A program made the translations under genes and the position numbers. A DNA stretch of 64,000 bases from Carcharhinus longimanus. Lineage: Eukaryota. Location of the stretch: positions 69,054,258 to 69,118,257 of the forward strand of contig JASCQW010000061.1 in NCBI GenBank assembly GCA_030264375.1, in the 5' to 3' direction. The notes under the pieces are model-generated. The model had not been told where the DNA came from, did not search any database, and was given only the letters and a program-made list of their open reading frames with translations. This document shows, piece by piece, positions 12,166-24,610 of the stretch. Numbering within the stretch: position 1 is the first letter of the stretch; every line of letters starts with the position of its first letter.

Positions 12166-13549
12166 ATTTTCTGTCTTTTGCTTTCAGCTTTCTGAATCTA
12201 CATTCAGGTTCCCATTCCCTTGCCATGTTATTTTAAACTCTCACCAACATCCCTAGCAAATCTGTATGCCATGATAATGGCCCCAGCCTAGTGGAATCTG
12301 TCTGGTCTGTTCCACAGAATCATTTCCCAGCACTCCACTAATATAAAGTCCTTTCTTCTGCACCATTACTCCAAACTCACATTTGGTTGTTCTATCCTCC
12401 CATTTCTTACTCACTAGCATGTAGCACTGAGTGTCACTTAAAATCGCTTTCTATGAGATCATACTCAATTTCTTGCCTATTCCCTAAAATTTACCCTCTT
12501 TCTGCCTATGCTATTTACATGAACCACAGTCGCTGACTGTTCATCTCCTCCATTTCCTACAGCTGCTCTGACATTCTGGACCCTGGCACTAGGGAAGTAA
12601 CATTTCATCCTGGAGTCACATCTGCAGTGGTAAAAATGCCTGTCTGTTCCCCCATCACTATCATCTTAACCAATCCTCTTCCACACAGCTGAGCTGCCTA
12701 TGGTGTAGTGGTCTTGGCTCTGACCGCACTCTTCAGAGCTGAATAATTTAACTCTTTCAGAGTCATAATTTGTATTCAGGGCCAATATATCCTTCCCAGG
12801 ATGAAGTGCCCAGAATGGAATGCGGTAAATCAAACAGGAACTACCCAGAGATTTAAATAACCTATATGTAACTTTCACCCCAAGTTAAAAGATCAACATT
12901 CTATTCCAGCGTGTTTAAGAGTTGTTGGGTAGTACGGAGTTGAGTATTGCTAGAAAGAGACTTGCTGTCAAAGCTTTTCATCTTGTGCTAATTAGGACAA
13001 AAGCAAAAATACCAAATTTCAAAGGGAGCAATAATTTATACTGCATGAGAAAAGGATGTTGATTGAGTGGGGCATTGCCATGAAGAATGCACCAGGGAAC
13101 TCTTGTTCCCCATGCTTTGTACTTTAATGATTGGACATATTCCTGTATTTAAATACATGCAGTTTCTAGCAAACATAAATGAGTCACAGACCAACTGATC
13201 AACTTAAATTAATTGTTAGTGGAGCTCTTAGCATACTCAGGATTGTTCAATTAGTAACATCACAAGATTGAAGAGATAAATCAGATCCAGGCAAGGTTTG
13301 TGAGAGGGGATTGGGTACTACTAAGCTCAGATGCCCACATCACTGCAGATTTCTTAAGGCAGTACGTGCCTTAAGTGGGTGTACGTGCGGGTTGGTGTAA
13401 AGAATGGGAGTGTGTTCTGGTCAACATATTTCCACGTTACCTATGTGGAATGTTCCCAACAAAATCCGACGTTTCCTTTTGTGCAACATGCAAGTATAGA
13501 CCTTATTGCATTTCCCTTATTAAAAATGTAAAATTCAAAGGAATTAAAT

Positions 13550-13583
13550 TTTATTAAACATTGCAATAACAGGATTCTTTATT
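13550..13583 (-). terminator. Tandem polyadenylation signals AATAAA (13578-13583 and 13550-13555)
   Basis: Plus-strand tttatt occurs twice, 28 bp apart, at the end of the U-rich block. Confidence 0.55.
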
Positions 13584-16500
13584 TACAACAGCATTATTTA
13601 ACATCAAGTAAGCAAATGACATCAGCAAAAGCAATATTAGTTAACAACTTGCATAAATGTATTTTTTTTAAATTTCTTTGAATATACCTAACTTGGCATA
13701 AATTGCTCACAATAAGGGTACAAACATGGATGCCTGAAGAAGAAAACAAAGATGTTTAGTGTGAACTAAAAAAAATACATCTCTGAACTTGCAACACTGT
13801 AAGCCTTCTGAAGAATCTTACTTTACATATTGCTTAGAATTTGCAACTTTCAATATACACCTCTCAGAGACATGGGAGAAAAAACATTTTACAAAGAGTG
13901 ACCCCTACTGACCACAAAGGAACAAAATAACAGCAAAAAAAAACTAAGCAATAACCATGGGCCCATATTGCTGATATTTCTATTTATCTGACAAAAAAAA
14001 TTAATAACTGATGACACATCCAAAAATTTTACACAATTCACTATACAAACAATATAATACAACAAACAGCTGCTAGGAATATACAGGACATTAAAAACAT
14101 ATCTAAGGCATTATGCTAAGTTATAGCATTTGAGGTTCCTGCACTGTACTAAGAAATTGACAGATTTTACAAAACAAGTTCAAGCTCTAAATGAAAAAAA
14201 AATAGAAGGGAATTGCCTATCAAATTGAAAATCCGTAGAATAGTTTGTACAGAGAATGTGTCTGCATCCAGTCAACAATCAATTGTGTAGAAATACTATA
14301 AAATGATGTTGAACCACACCAACATATCATGGCTTAGCTGTATTTTAAAATCAACTCAGTGAAATCTTTGGATTTTGCAAACGGAGCTACGTAGCCCTGC
14401 TTGTCTGCAGTGTATAGCATCACAATACATAGTTCTCAAATGTTAATTTTGCATCATTACTTTAAATTTGTTAGAGGAAAATGTTATAGATTGAACATAA
14501 TGCAATCAGAGAGATGTTGCTTCCCAATGAAAGTAGCTCCCATGCATCCTCTTTCNNNNNNNNNNNNNNNNNNNNNNNNNNNNNNNNNNNNNNNNNNNNN
14601 NNNNNNNNNNNNNNNNNNNNNNNNNNNNNNNNNNNNNNNNNNNNNNNNNNNNNNNNNNNNNNNNNNNNNNNNNNNNNNNNNNNNNNNNNNNNNNNNNNNN
14701 NNNNNNNNNNNNNNNNNNNNNNNNNNNNNNNNNNNNNNNNNNNNNNNNNNNNNNNNNNNNNNNNNNNNNNNNNNNNNNNNNNNNNNNNNNNNNNNNNNNN
14801 NNNNNNNNNNNNNNNNNNNNNNNNNNNNNNNNNNNNNNNNNNNNNNNNNNNNNNNNNNNCTCTAAAATCTGCAAAATTAAATGCCTGCATTTCAGAAAAC
14901 TTTCCTAATTCACAGCAATATTTACATAAAGCTATATCATATCAAAGCAGTCTGAAACACAATTATGTCATTTCAATACAGAAAGAACAGTTCTTTATCG
15001 ACTGAATGATCTGTAGCTGAGAGATGTGGCTGAACTCCTTCCTAAAAGCAACTGTTGAGGCAAAAACAGGTCTGTTATTCAATATCTATACAGTGATCAA
15101 TATGATCAGTGTGGGTTTGAGGCCATAACTGACAGCATGTTCCAAGTAGCCTGACACACAAATACAAAGGCATCAGGACCTTATAATAGCTTGATAAACT
15201 AAGAATGTAAGCACCTGCTTCCAACTTATTCACAAAGTCTTCCAATTTTAATCATACAATTAGATTGAGGGAAACTATGCAGATCAAAGTAGCAATTTGT
15301 TGGGTAGTTAGGCATGATATTTGTACAACTTGGAAAACTGAAAACAGTTGCTCAATATACGTCAGAATCACCAGTTTATTTACTGGCCTTACGAATGTTA
15401 CTGAATCAAACGCATTAGCTACTTCGAGGCATCATGATTCTTTATTTACACAATAAGAGAGAGAGGGAGACATTGCTACCAAGGTATCTAATGTAATACT
15501 GTTGTACCTCACTTTGAATCAACAACTTAAGAACTTTACTTCATCAAAATTCTACAGGATGTAAAACATATGCTCAAGTAAAAGTTATTGCTTGATTACA
15601 TACTTCAGACGCTTATATACCCAACTAATTTCCAAAAGCCATCCTGTCTTAATTTACAAAATACTGTACCATATGAAAATATTATGGCTGTTTGTATTAT
15701 GTTATTTGTGATGACATCTGGTCCTAGACCTGCAGCATTTTGCATCTGGAAACTGCCAATGGATTTAGGAAATTGTAATGAAGTACTGGGTTTCTGTAGC
15801 TTACAAAAAAGTCTTTACTCTCTGATCCCACAGCATTGTAAGGCTATCATGAACAATAAACTATTTAGAACATTAACTTGAACAGCCCATGCCTTATTTT
15901 GTTATGGCTCACAACATTAGCATTACTATCCCATGAATGCTTATGCAAATAAACTCAACCAAACATACCAGTAGCACAGTCATGAGTGTAAAGATGAGTT
16001 CCATTCGTTAGAAAAAGCTTACACACACAGCTGTGCCTGTGTATATAATTTACCAATGTGGCATTGAAAATGATCTCGACTAATATACATAGGACTGTGG
16101 TGAAGTTAATCTACTCTGTAGAATTTCACTGTAATCTGATCAATTTAATTGTTTTAACTCCTCTGCCCAAATTAAATTGGTGACATTAAATTTTTGGTTT
16201 ATTGTGCCAGTAAACTTCATAATCTCTCTAAGTCAACATTTCACATTGGTTACAAAATAAATGCAGAATAGGGAAAAACAAACATACTTACCCAGATAGA
16301 TACTTAATAGAAAGTAATCAAAATCCTAAATTTTGAACATATTGATGTAGGTCATTAGAATGGCCAGCTTAAATTGGATTTATTCAACATTCCAAATTAG
16401 AATAAAAATCATGCTACCAGGTATAAGAAGCTCTTATAGGCAATTCCTGCCTTTGCTGTCTGTGACGTTATGGGTATATCCTGGCGAGACGCTATCACAA

Positions 16501-19037
16501 GTGGCAGTCCTCTCAAAAGGCAGAGCTCCCAAGTTTGTTCGCACTCAAACAAAGATGGCTTCATTGTCTCACAGACATTTGCATACCCAAGGACTTTCTG
16601 TATAGTGAGGTAACAGGATCCAGATGAGTTGTAGGATGCCCAAAGCTTTGCTTTAAGGATGTTTGCAAACCGACACAAAGGCCCTAGACAGCAATTATCG
16701 CATTGGGAGTTACTAGCCGATGTCAGAGGAAAATTGAGTCACTTCCTGTCAGCTGGCATACAGCTCCGTGATGGCCAGTGCCTATAGCGGCTTGGCAACA
16801 CCTCTCAACCCTGAAAACAACCCACAATAACACTTAATAGCTTCATCTGTGGCACTTGTAGCAGAAACTGCCTCTCGAAGAATGGCCTCTAGTTATCAGC
16901 AAAGGTGCAGCATGTGAAGATCGCCCATCTCAAATGGATTGTTTGTTGCATGGTTCATCATTTTTCGTAGATAGAAAGATGCTAACGGGGGACCAGAAAT
17001 ATTATAAATCAAGCTTAACATATTATTGGCTCTATGTGCATGAAGGGATTTGGATCACTTGATGTGGATCTGGTCAAACAATAATTAATTTTCATGTTAT
17101 GTAACCCAAAATTTGCAGACATCAAGACAACAGTTCTTTGCAGTTTGATACCATTATTGGAGGTCAAACTAATTGATCAAGGGTAGTTATTTAAAAGCAT
17201 TATGAAATTTAAAGAGAGAGGTCGTAATACTTTTTTAGATTAATGTATTTTATCATTAAAATATTGTGAATCAGCAATTAATTCTGTTAGCTATTCTCTA
17301 CATGATGCCACCTCTAAGCAAAAATGAATTTGTCTCATTTCTCTAAAAGTGTCACAATTTCTGCACTATGTGTTAGTTGGCAGTGAGCCAGTAATCTTTC
17401 TGCATCTTCATGCGAATAGAGCCATTATACAATATTTTCTCCAAGTGAACAGAAGTAGCGCATGCTAGCTGTATAAAAACTATACGAAAATATGTAAGCA
17501 ATATACTACAAAGAGAAAGGAGGGAGACAGGAAATAACTTTTAGCTTTGCTTCTGTTATTTTGTCTTGACAAAATTATTTCAAAGTGCTTTTGATGGAGA
17601 GAGACCTGGCAGCTTTCAGTGATGCACCTGAACTTCAGATCACAGCTCAGTTTGGTTTGCAGGATCATGTTAGAGAATCACATGCTGTAGTGGACAGAGA
17701 AGAGACCAGTGACTGCTGCAAGGGAACCTGGTTCACAAGGAACCAGTCGATTCTCTGAGAAGAGTCACCTCCTGCTGCTTGGCACTGAAACAGAACACAG
17801 TCTGAGGGAGATCAGCAACTGTTCTGAGAAAAGTGAAAGGGGAGAGAATGAAGTGGGATAATGGAAAAATCAGTCCTTGATTCAAAAGATGCCAGTTATA
17901 TTTTGCAAGTAGAGACCAACTATGACTATAGAAATAGGAATGTGGACCAGATGAAAGACAGAACAGTTTTTGCTGCCTCTGCAATGAGGGAAGTGGCAAT
18001 GAGCTCCTGGCTGAGACAAAATCAATTGCTTTTGTTGGTGACATTACTGCTACTAGGATGGTGGGATGTGGGAATTTTCCTGAGGCTGAGGGTAAACTGC
18101 TCCTGTCTTTTGTTATGTGGGTAGTGCCATGGGTCACTAGCTCAGAAGAAACCAGCTGCTCCTGTGGTAGCTGGTGTGGAAACTTGACCTGGGAGGCCAC
18201 TCGTACGTGTATCTCAAAAGGGGAAGTGGAGAAGAGCCACAATTCAGACATGAATTACCGACAAGATCATAACCACTGTAAGAATCAGAAACCATTTCCA
18301 TCTGCTTATGCAACAGGTCAGAGTTTGTTGGTGCTTTGATTTTTTTTCTATCAACTTGTAACAGTAGCTGTAGGACAAGTGATTTTTGTGTAATTGGTGG
18401 GCATCTACAGAGTTGAGAATGTTTAACAGGTAGTCTTGGTCTGTGGAGCCAGAAGCATTCTACTTGTTAACTGTTGTATTTAAAAATGATGACCAAAAAA
18501 AAAAAAAATCATACACCCTGGATGTTAAGTCATGACTCCACAGAGCAGAACCCCAGTATAAAAAGATAATACATTAACTCTTTTGCTGACATCAACTAAT
18601 AAACTACCTGAAGTCTATTCCCATTTGGTTTTATCAAAAACATAAAAACAAATTTCAAATTTCATCGAGATACTTTCCAAACCAAAATCTGTTACTCTTA
18701 CAGCATTCACTCAATTTATCTGCAAGTTCTTGTTTCTTTTACACACAGCAAAACCTTTCAAAAAGAGGCTTCATTTCTAAATACTGCTGGAGGACAACAT
18801 GGCTGAAAGCCTGCACACTGGATTAAATAGCAGAAAAGTCAGCAACCACCAAGGATCAAAATCAAAAGAGCAAAGATATGCTCAGTCTGCAAAACGACGA
18901 TAGAAATACATTCATCGGACAAGGTTCGACGCCGATGTCAATCTGTTGTGAGGACAGACTTAAGTCACACTTATGGTGAATGCAATTAATGGGCAAAGCA
19001 GCTTCAGTAGGCAAGTACGTTGCTACTAAGGAGCCTG

Positions 19038-19212
19038 TCACTCTGTTAGCAACTCTTGTAACAAACAAATTCTCCAAGCCTGGCTGAGGGTTCAATTGGC
19101 TGCTGTACTTTTCTTGGCTTGATCTGGTGGAGTTTGTTTGTTGGTTATAATTGTTACCACCCTAAATGTTGACCTTGCACTGTACATCAGCAAACACATG
19201 GATCTTCTGGAC
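19038..19212 (-). pseudogene. Degenerate SRC-1a-like alternative C-terminal coding segment with LxxLL (VQKIHVFADVQCKVNI*GGNNYNQ...//QAWRICLLQELLTE*)
   Basis: Candidate acceptor ttttcaacaag|GTC at 19212. It aligns to the NCOA1 SRC-1a tail 'VQQVQVFADVQCTVNLVGGDPYLNQ...QAQQKSLLQQLLTE*'. There is an in-frame TAG at 19162-19164 and a frameshift near 19085. Confidence 0.75.
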
Positions 19213-19247
19213 CTTGTTGAAAACAGGAGGAATAGCAATCCTGAGGG

Positions 19248-19259
19248 TCAGCAATACTT
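19248..19259 (-). CDS. NCOA2: NCOA2 terminal coding segment KYC-stop (start of the last exon)
   Basis: The minus strand reads tttttcactctgcag|AAG TAT TGC TGA. Human NCOA2 and NCOA3 end in KYC*. Phase 0. Confidence 0.9.
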   Translation of the reverse strand, partial: KYC

Positions 19260-19509
19260 CTGCAGAGTGAAAAATAATACAAAATATGTATTTAGTTAAC
19301 AAAAACATACATAATGCAACATGGTAAATTTAAAACTTATGTGATTTTAATAATAAACACTTCCTTTCTCATTCTTTACCCTCTACATTTCACAGACATA
19401 CTGGTTTCAAGTAGTGTTTTTTTAGAAATGACTAACGTACTTCAGAATGAACTGATCATCCCGGATTCTGGTGCAACAAGTTTAAAAATCAGAACATCCA
19501 AAATGAACA

Positions 19510-20020
19510 TGTGCTCTCATCCAGATTTGGAAAGTTTTACTGATTTTGCTTCTAATTTCCACTTCTCACCTCTACATCGTCCATCTCCGACACTTCCTTT
19601 CTCACTTGATCTCTACATTTCCAGCAATGGATTGACCACCAATATTTATTACAAACCCATTCCATCTCGTACTCCCAGTTTCTTTGCCTCTGTCATATCT
19701 ATTCCAATAATGCCATCTTTGAAAATGGCACTTCTGACACATCTGCCTTTTTCCTTCGAGGTTTTGCCGCTTACTGATGTTGACAAGATACTCACCCAAA
19801 TTCAACCCATTTTCTGCACCTCTGCTCTCACCCCTTCTCCCTTCCACCCAAGATAGGGTCTCCGGCCTCCACATTCAAAGGATCACCTTCCACCATTTCT
19901 GCCAACAAAGTATACTTTCCCCTCACTCCTGGTCTGTGTGGGTTTCTTCTGGGTGTTCCAGAGGGATTGCTCCCTCCGTGACACCCTGGTCCACTCTTCC
20001 ACCATTCCAACTCCTCAACC
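19510..20020 (+). mobile_element. Penelope-like RT fragment in the last intron
   Basis: Remnant 'HPDLESFTDFASNFH...LPFSLDLYISSNGLTTNIYYKP' resembles Penelope RT (LPFLD...TxIYYKP). Confidence 0.65.
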
Positions 20021-20740
20021 CCTTTTGTTTCATAATACATGAATCACTTATAAGATGTTGTCAATATTTTTAACCTTCCACAATCCCTGCCCATTGAACT
20101 AGCTTCGTAATATAGAAAAGTTCCAATTCCAAAAAGTGAGGGCTAGCAGCAGTAGCATAGAAATCAATACAAAAGTACTGCACACAATGTTACACAGTGT
20201 AAATGTATTTTAAAACTATTGCCTTTTAATGAGTTTTTAGAACACAAGAATGGGTTGAGATTTTGCTTAACTAATGGTGAATAATAAAAACAATCTATTG
20301 TCTGTACTAATGGAAACACGCTCAATTATTTATTGCAGCTGGTTATTATTCACTTGTAGTAAATCTTTCCTCGAAGTAACAAAAAACACATTCGCATCGG
20401 CAACAACTATCAAAAACTAACTTTAGTGCTAAATACTTAATGTTATTTGCTGTGTAAGAGCTGGGAGAAGTTACTTATAGAGGAGCAATAAACAGACAGC
20501 ACAATAAAATTATGCCACTTTAACCATATTACAATCATCTACAAAATTCAACTTATCCAATGCTACTTTCGATAACATCCTTCTGGAACAAGATCGTCAT
20601 TTCAAAGGTCCAAAGATGAGATTTTTCTTTACTCAAATCCATCCAGTATCATACTCTCAATCTAAAAGAATTTTTAAAAATGGCTCGCATTCATACAACA
20701 TCGTTCATGATCATTCGCTCTCTCAAAAGGCTTTAAAAGC

Positions 20741-21040
20741 CTAGAAGCCCTACAGTACAGGAGATGGTAATTCGGCCCATCAAATCTGCATCGACTCTTA
20801 CACAGGCTTACCCTGTAACCCCACATATTTACCCCTCTAATCCCTCTAACCTACATGTCTTGAAACATTAAGGGAAATTCGGCATGACCTGCACATCTTT
20901 GGATGTGGGAGAAAACAGAGCACCTGGAGGAAACCCACACAGGCACAAGGAGAACCTGCAAACTCTGCACAGACAGACACCCGAGGCTGGAATTGAACCC
21001 AGGTCCCTGGTGCTGCGAGGCAGCAATGCTAACCACTAAC
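20741..21040 (-). mobile_element. HE1-like SINE
   Basis: Reverse copy of the SINE at 62219-62530 (ggttagcattgctgcctc...gggttcaattccagcc...gggtttcctccaggtgctc). Confidence 0.75.
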
Positions 21041-21229
21041 CAATGAAATACTTTTGAAGCGTGGTCACTTTTGTAATGCAGGAAATCTGGCAGCTAATTT
21101 GTACAGAAGCTCCCACAAAGAGCAATGTAATAGCGATTAAATAATCTGTTTTTCTGATGGTGACTGAGGAAACAATATTGGCCATCTTTTCCCAAAAAAT
21201 ACCCGAGATGCCAGGTAATTAGAACTACA

Positions 21230-21820
21230 GAAAAGTTAAGACACAGAAAGAGGCCATTGAGCCCATTGTGTTTGTGCTGGACAAAAAAGAAAGGAAACTA
21301 ACTGTTCATTTTAATCTGGCTTTCTAGCACCTGGTCCCCTCACCTTTCAGTTTATAATACTTCAGGTGCAGATGCAGGTACTTTGTAATTAAATTGAATG
21401 TTTCAGCTTCAACCAACAACTCAGGCAGTGAATTCCAGTCACACAGCGTCTGCCTGGTGAAAAGGTTTTCTTCATGTCCCCTCTAATCCTTCTATCAATC
21501 ACCTTAAATCTATACCCCTTGATAATTGACCTTGTCACTAAGGGAAATAAGTAATTCCTGTCCACCCTATCTAGATCCCTCATAAATTTGTTTACTTCAA
21601 TTAGGTCATCCCTCAGCTTCCTCTATTCGAAGGAAAACAACCCTAGCCTATCCAATCTTTCCTCATGGCTGCAATTTTCAAGCGCTGGCAACATTCTTGT
21701 TAATTTCCACTGTAGTCTCTGCGTAGCAACTCACCACCTTCCCCTGTGTCACATGGGATTGACTTTTCTGACCAGTCTGCCATGTGGATTTATCTTCTAT
21801 CTGTAAACCCTGTGTTGGGA
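21230..21820 (-). mobile_element. CR1 LINE 3' fragment
   Basis: Remnant 'MRDLDRVDRNYLFPLVTRSIIKGYRFKV...'. Confidence 0.7.
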
Positions 21821-24244
21821 GTATTTGTGCCTAAACTATGGCATCATAGGAAAAACAATGTAGCATTTTTGTTCGTGAAAGAGTGATCAGGTTATCCGAA
21901 TATTACAGAGAAGGCGATTGATTTTTTTGTGAACCAGCTAATGAAACTGAAGATAGTAGCTCAGGGAAAGTATTTCCTAACGGAGAAAATAAAGACATAC
22001 GATTCTGTAAGAAAACATTCTTTGTTGTACAAGAATAAGAGGGTTTTCTAATTGAGATTGATGTTAGCTCTGTAGGCAGTTCAGATCAAATGGACATGTG
22101 AAGTAATTTAACATAGAAAAAAAAGCACAAGAATACATTAAAAATACACTGAATAAGTTTAGATCAAGAATTGCTTAGAAATATGTATTTTAGCAGGGTT
22201 AATGCAGTGACATGTTCAATAACATCGATTTTTAAAATGGTACAAGTGATTGGGCATCTGGAAGGAGAATTAGAGCTTAGATTTGAAATTATATTAGTGA
22301 CATTAAGCATGGCTTGGTTAATTGAATATAAATTGTATCTTTACCCTGAATGTATTCATTATTAATATTACATTGTATTATTTTAGTTTAAAAAGGTCAT
22401 GTTTTTCTTGAGTACCATTTGTGACAGATGCAAAAATCTGAATCTAGTCAGAATCAGGATTGAGAGCAAGGCACCAGTTAACCTCAATATCTGAATCAAA
22501 ATACTAATTCGCAAGTTATCTAAATAACTAACATAGTTTAATCTTTCCTTCCATAAAGTAAAGACTTCACATGGTTCACATCTTGATAAACATGCAGTGA
22601 AATAGCAGTGTCCTTCCAGCTCTGGCACCTGGCATCAATTCCAGTTTGGACCGATGAAATAACTATCATTTTTCTTTGATGGCTCCAAGAGTCTTAAAAT
22701 AAAGGAGAGGACCATTGAAACTCAGTTCCTCTTGGGTAGTTTTAAAGTCACTCCCATTGACCAAAAATGTTCTGAAAAACGAGTTCCCAGCCCATAGCAT
22801 AAATTGGCTCTTTCAGATAGAGCACAAGGATAGCAAGTATGGCAACTAACGAAGTCCTTGCTGGTTGGAATTGAAGTCCACCATTAAAGTGAAAGTAGAG
22901 CAAGTGTTACTCGATCTTGCTGCACTATAGCTAATCTGATACCCAAACTTACTGCAAAAAAGTTCCATTACTCAACACTGGTGTCACCTTTCAGTACCAC
23001 ATATTTCCTCTCCTCCCACCCCCCATCTCTCCTGAAAACATTGTCTCTTTTACATATAGTTCCACAGATTCCATCTCTTTCAAATAATCGTTTTTCATAT
23101 TTGAGCTTAGATACTGAATGTTGGCAGGTAATTCAATTGTGGAAGCCAACATCATGAATAATTGATATTATTTTTACATAATACATGCAATTAATGAATG
23201 AAAATATTATTGCCTCAAGGCTGTCTCGAGCTCCTTTGAATTCAAAATAACTACTTATCTGATCCTCAAAATTAAACATTCCTTCTGCGATACTGTAATG
23301 GAATCAGATTATTTGCAATATTGTGCACAGGGTAGAATGACAGTTTGCTCAGGCTCAAAATTTTAAGTCTTCTGCATTTTCGATAGAATACTTCAATTAT
23401 TCCACTGGAAAGAAAGGCAAACCTCATATACAATCCCTCTCAGAAAACTGTGCACTATAGAGAGTCAGGAGATTCCTTCCCTGCACTACCTCCATCCATA
23501 CCGTCCCCCCATTTGTTATAAGAAAAGCCTTGCTCTGATCTGAATTTTTTGACACCTCCAAAAAAATATCAAGTGCATTATGCAATAGAAAAATAATAAA
23601 GGATTCAAGCTCTGCCAAGTCAGAGCTTGACACAGGTCTTACAAATTTAAATTTTATCATCGTTGTTCTGAGGACATACATCTTCCAGTCAGGTTGGAAC
23701 ATGGTACTGCCAAGTTTGACCTGGAGTTGTTAGCGCAGGTGTTAGCAAAGGCATGCTAGTTGTTCCAATGGATTTCCCTCTACATGTGGGCCCAAGAAGA
23801 GGCAAGTAGAGTGAGTTTAATTTTGATTAGTAGGTTTCTTCATAAAGTATTGTTTCCAAATGAAACAAACATTAATGAAAATGTTTTTAATTCAATGTGT
23901 ATTAAAGCCTCATATCCTGCACACATCAACTATGGATTACCTTCACTGGAAGAAGCAATGCACAGCAGATAAAACATTGATATTGAGACACCCAGAGATC
24001 ACAATTCATGCAGGCTACTGGTTCTTGATGTTAAGAGAAAGCCAAGCGAATTAACTGTTCTGAGGGACACTAAATGTTATGCAGGGCCCACAAATTCATA
24101 CTGCTTTCTCCCAATCTTTAATCAATGGTTCTCTAAGCCTGTTTGATCCTCTATCTAGATAAGAGCAAATAATAATTCTGTGATAGTCCATATCTCAAAG
24201 TTCCTTTGCCACGAGGAAACAGGCTTCAACAATCTTGTACTTCT

Positions 24245-24610
24245 TTTTTTATACACGGAAGATGGGCATCACTGGCTGGCCAGCATTTATTGCCCATCCC
24301 AAATTCTCCTTGGATTGAGTGGCTTACTAGGCCATTTCATAGGCAGTTGAGAGTCAAGTACATTGTTGTGGCCCTGGAGCCAAACCAGATAACGATGGCA
24401 GATTTTGTTCCCTAAAAGGACATTAGCAAACCAGATGGGTTTTTCTGACAATCGACAATGATTTCACAGTCACGAGTAGATTCTTAATTCCAGATTTTGT
24501 TTTTATTGAATTCACATTCCACCATCTGTCATGGTGGGATTCAAACCCAGGTCCCCAAAACATTAGCTGAGTTTCTGGATTAATAGTCAAGCAATAATAG
24601 CCATTGCCCT
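24245..24610 (-). mobile_element. tRNA-derived SINE-like repeat (second copy at ~26370-26660)
   Basis: Shared blocks ggcagattt..ccctaaaggacatt..accaga and attgaatt.a.attccac...ggatt.aacccaggtcc. Confidence 0.55.

Larger units (their letters stand above)
13530..19247 (-). other. NCOA2: Probable long NCOA2 3' UTR
   Basis: Follows the stop codon, is U-rich on the minus strand, and ends in tandem AATAAA. The true 3' end is inferred, and internal repeat-derived segments are possible. Confidence 0.55.

Noticed and set aside
17733-18339. 172-aa and overlapping ORFs within the presumed 3' UTR
   Set aside because: There is no recognisable domain or splice context; the region looks like repeat-derived or random UTR sequence.
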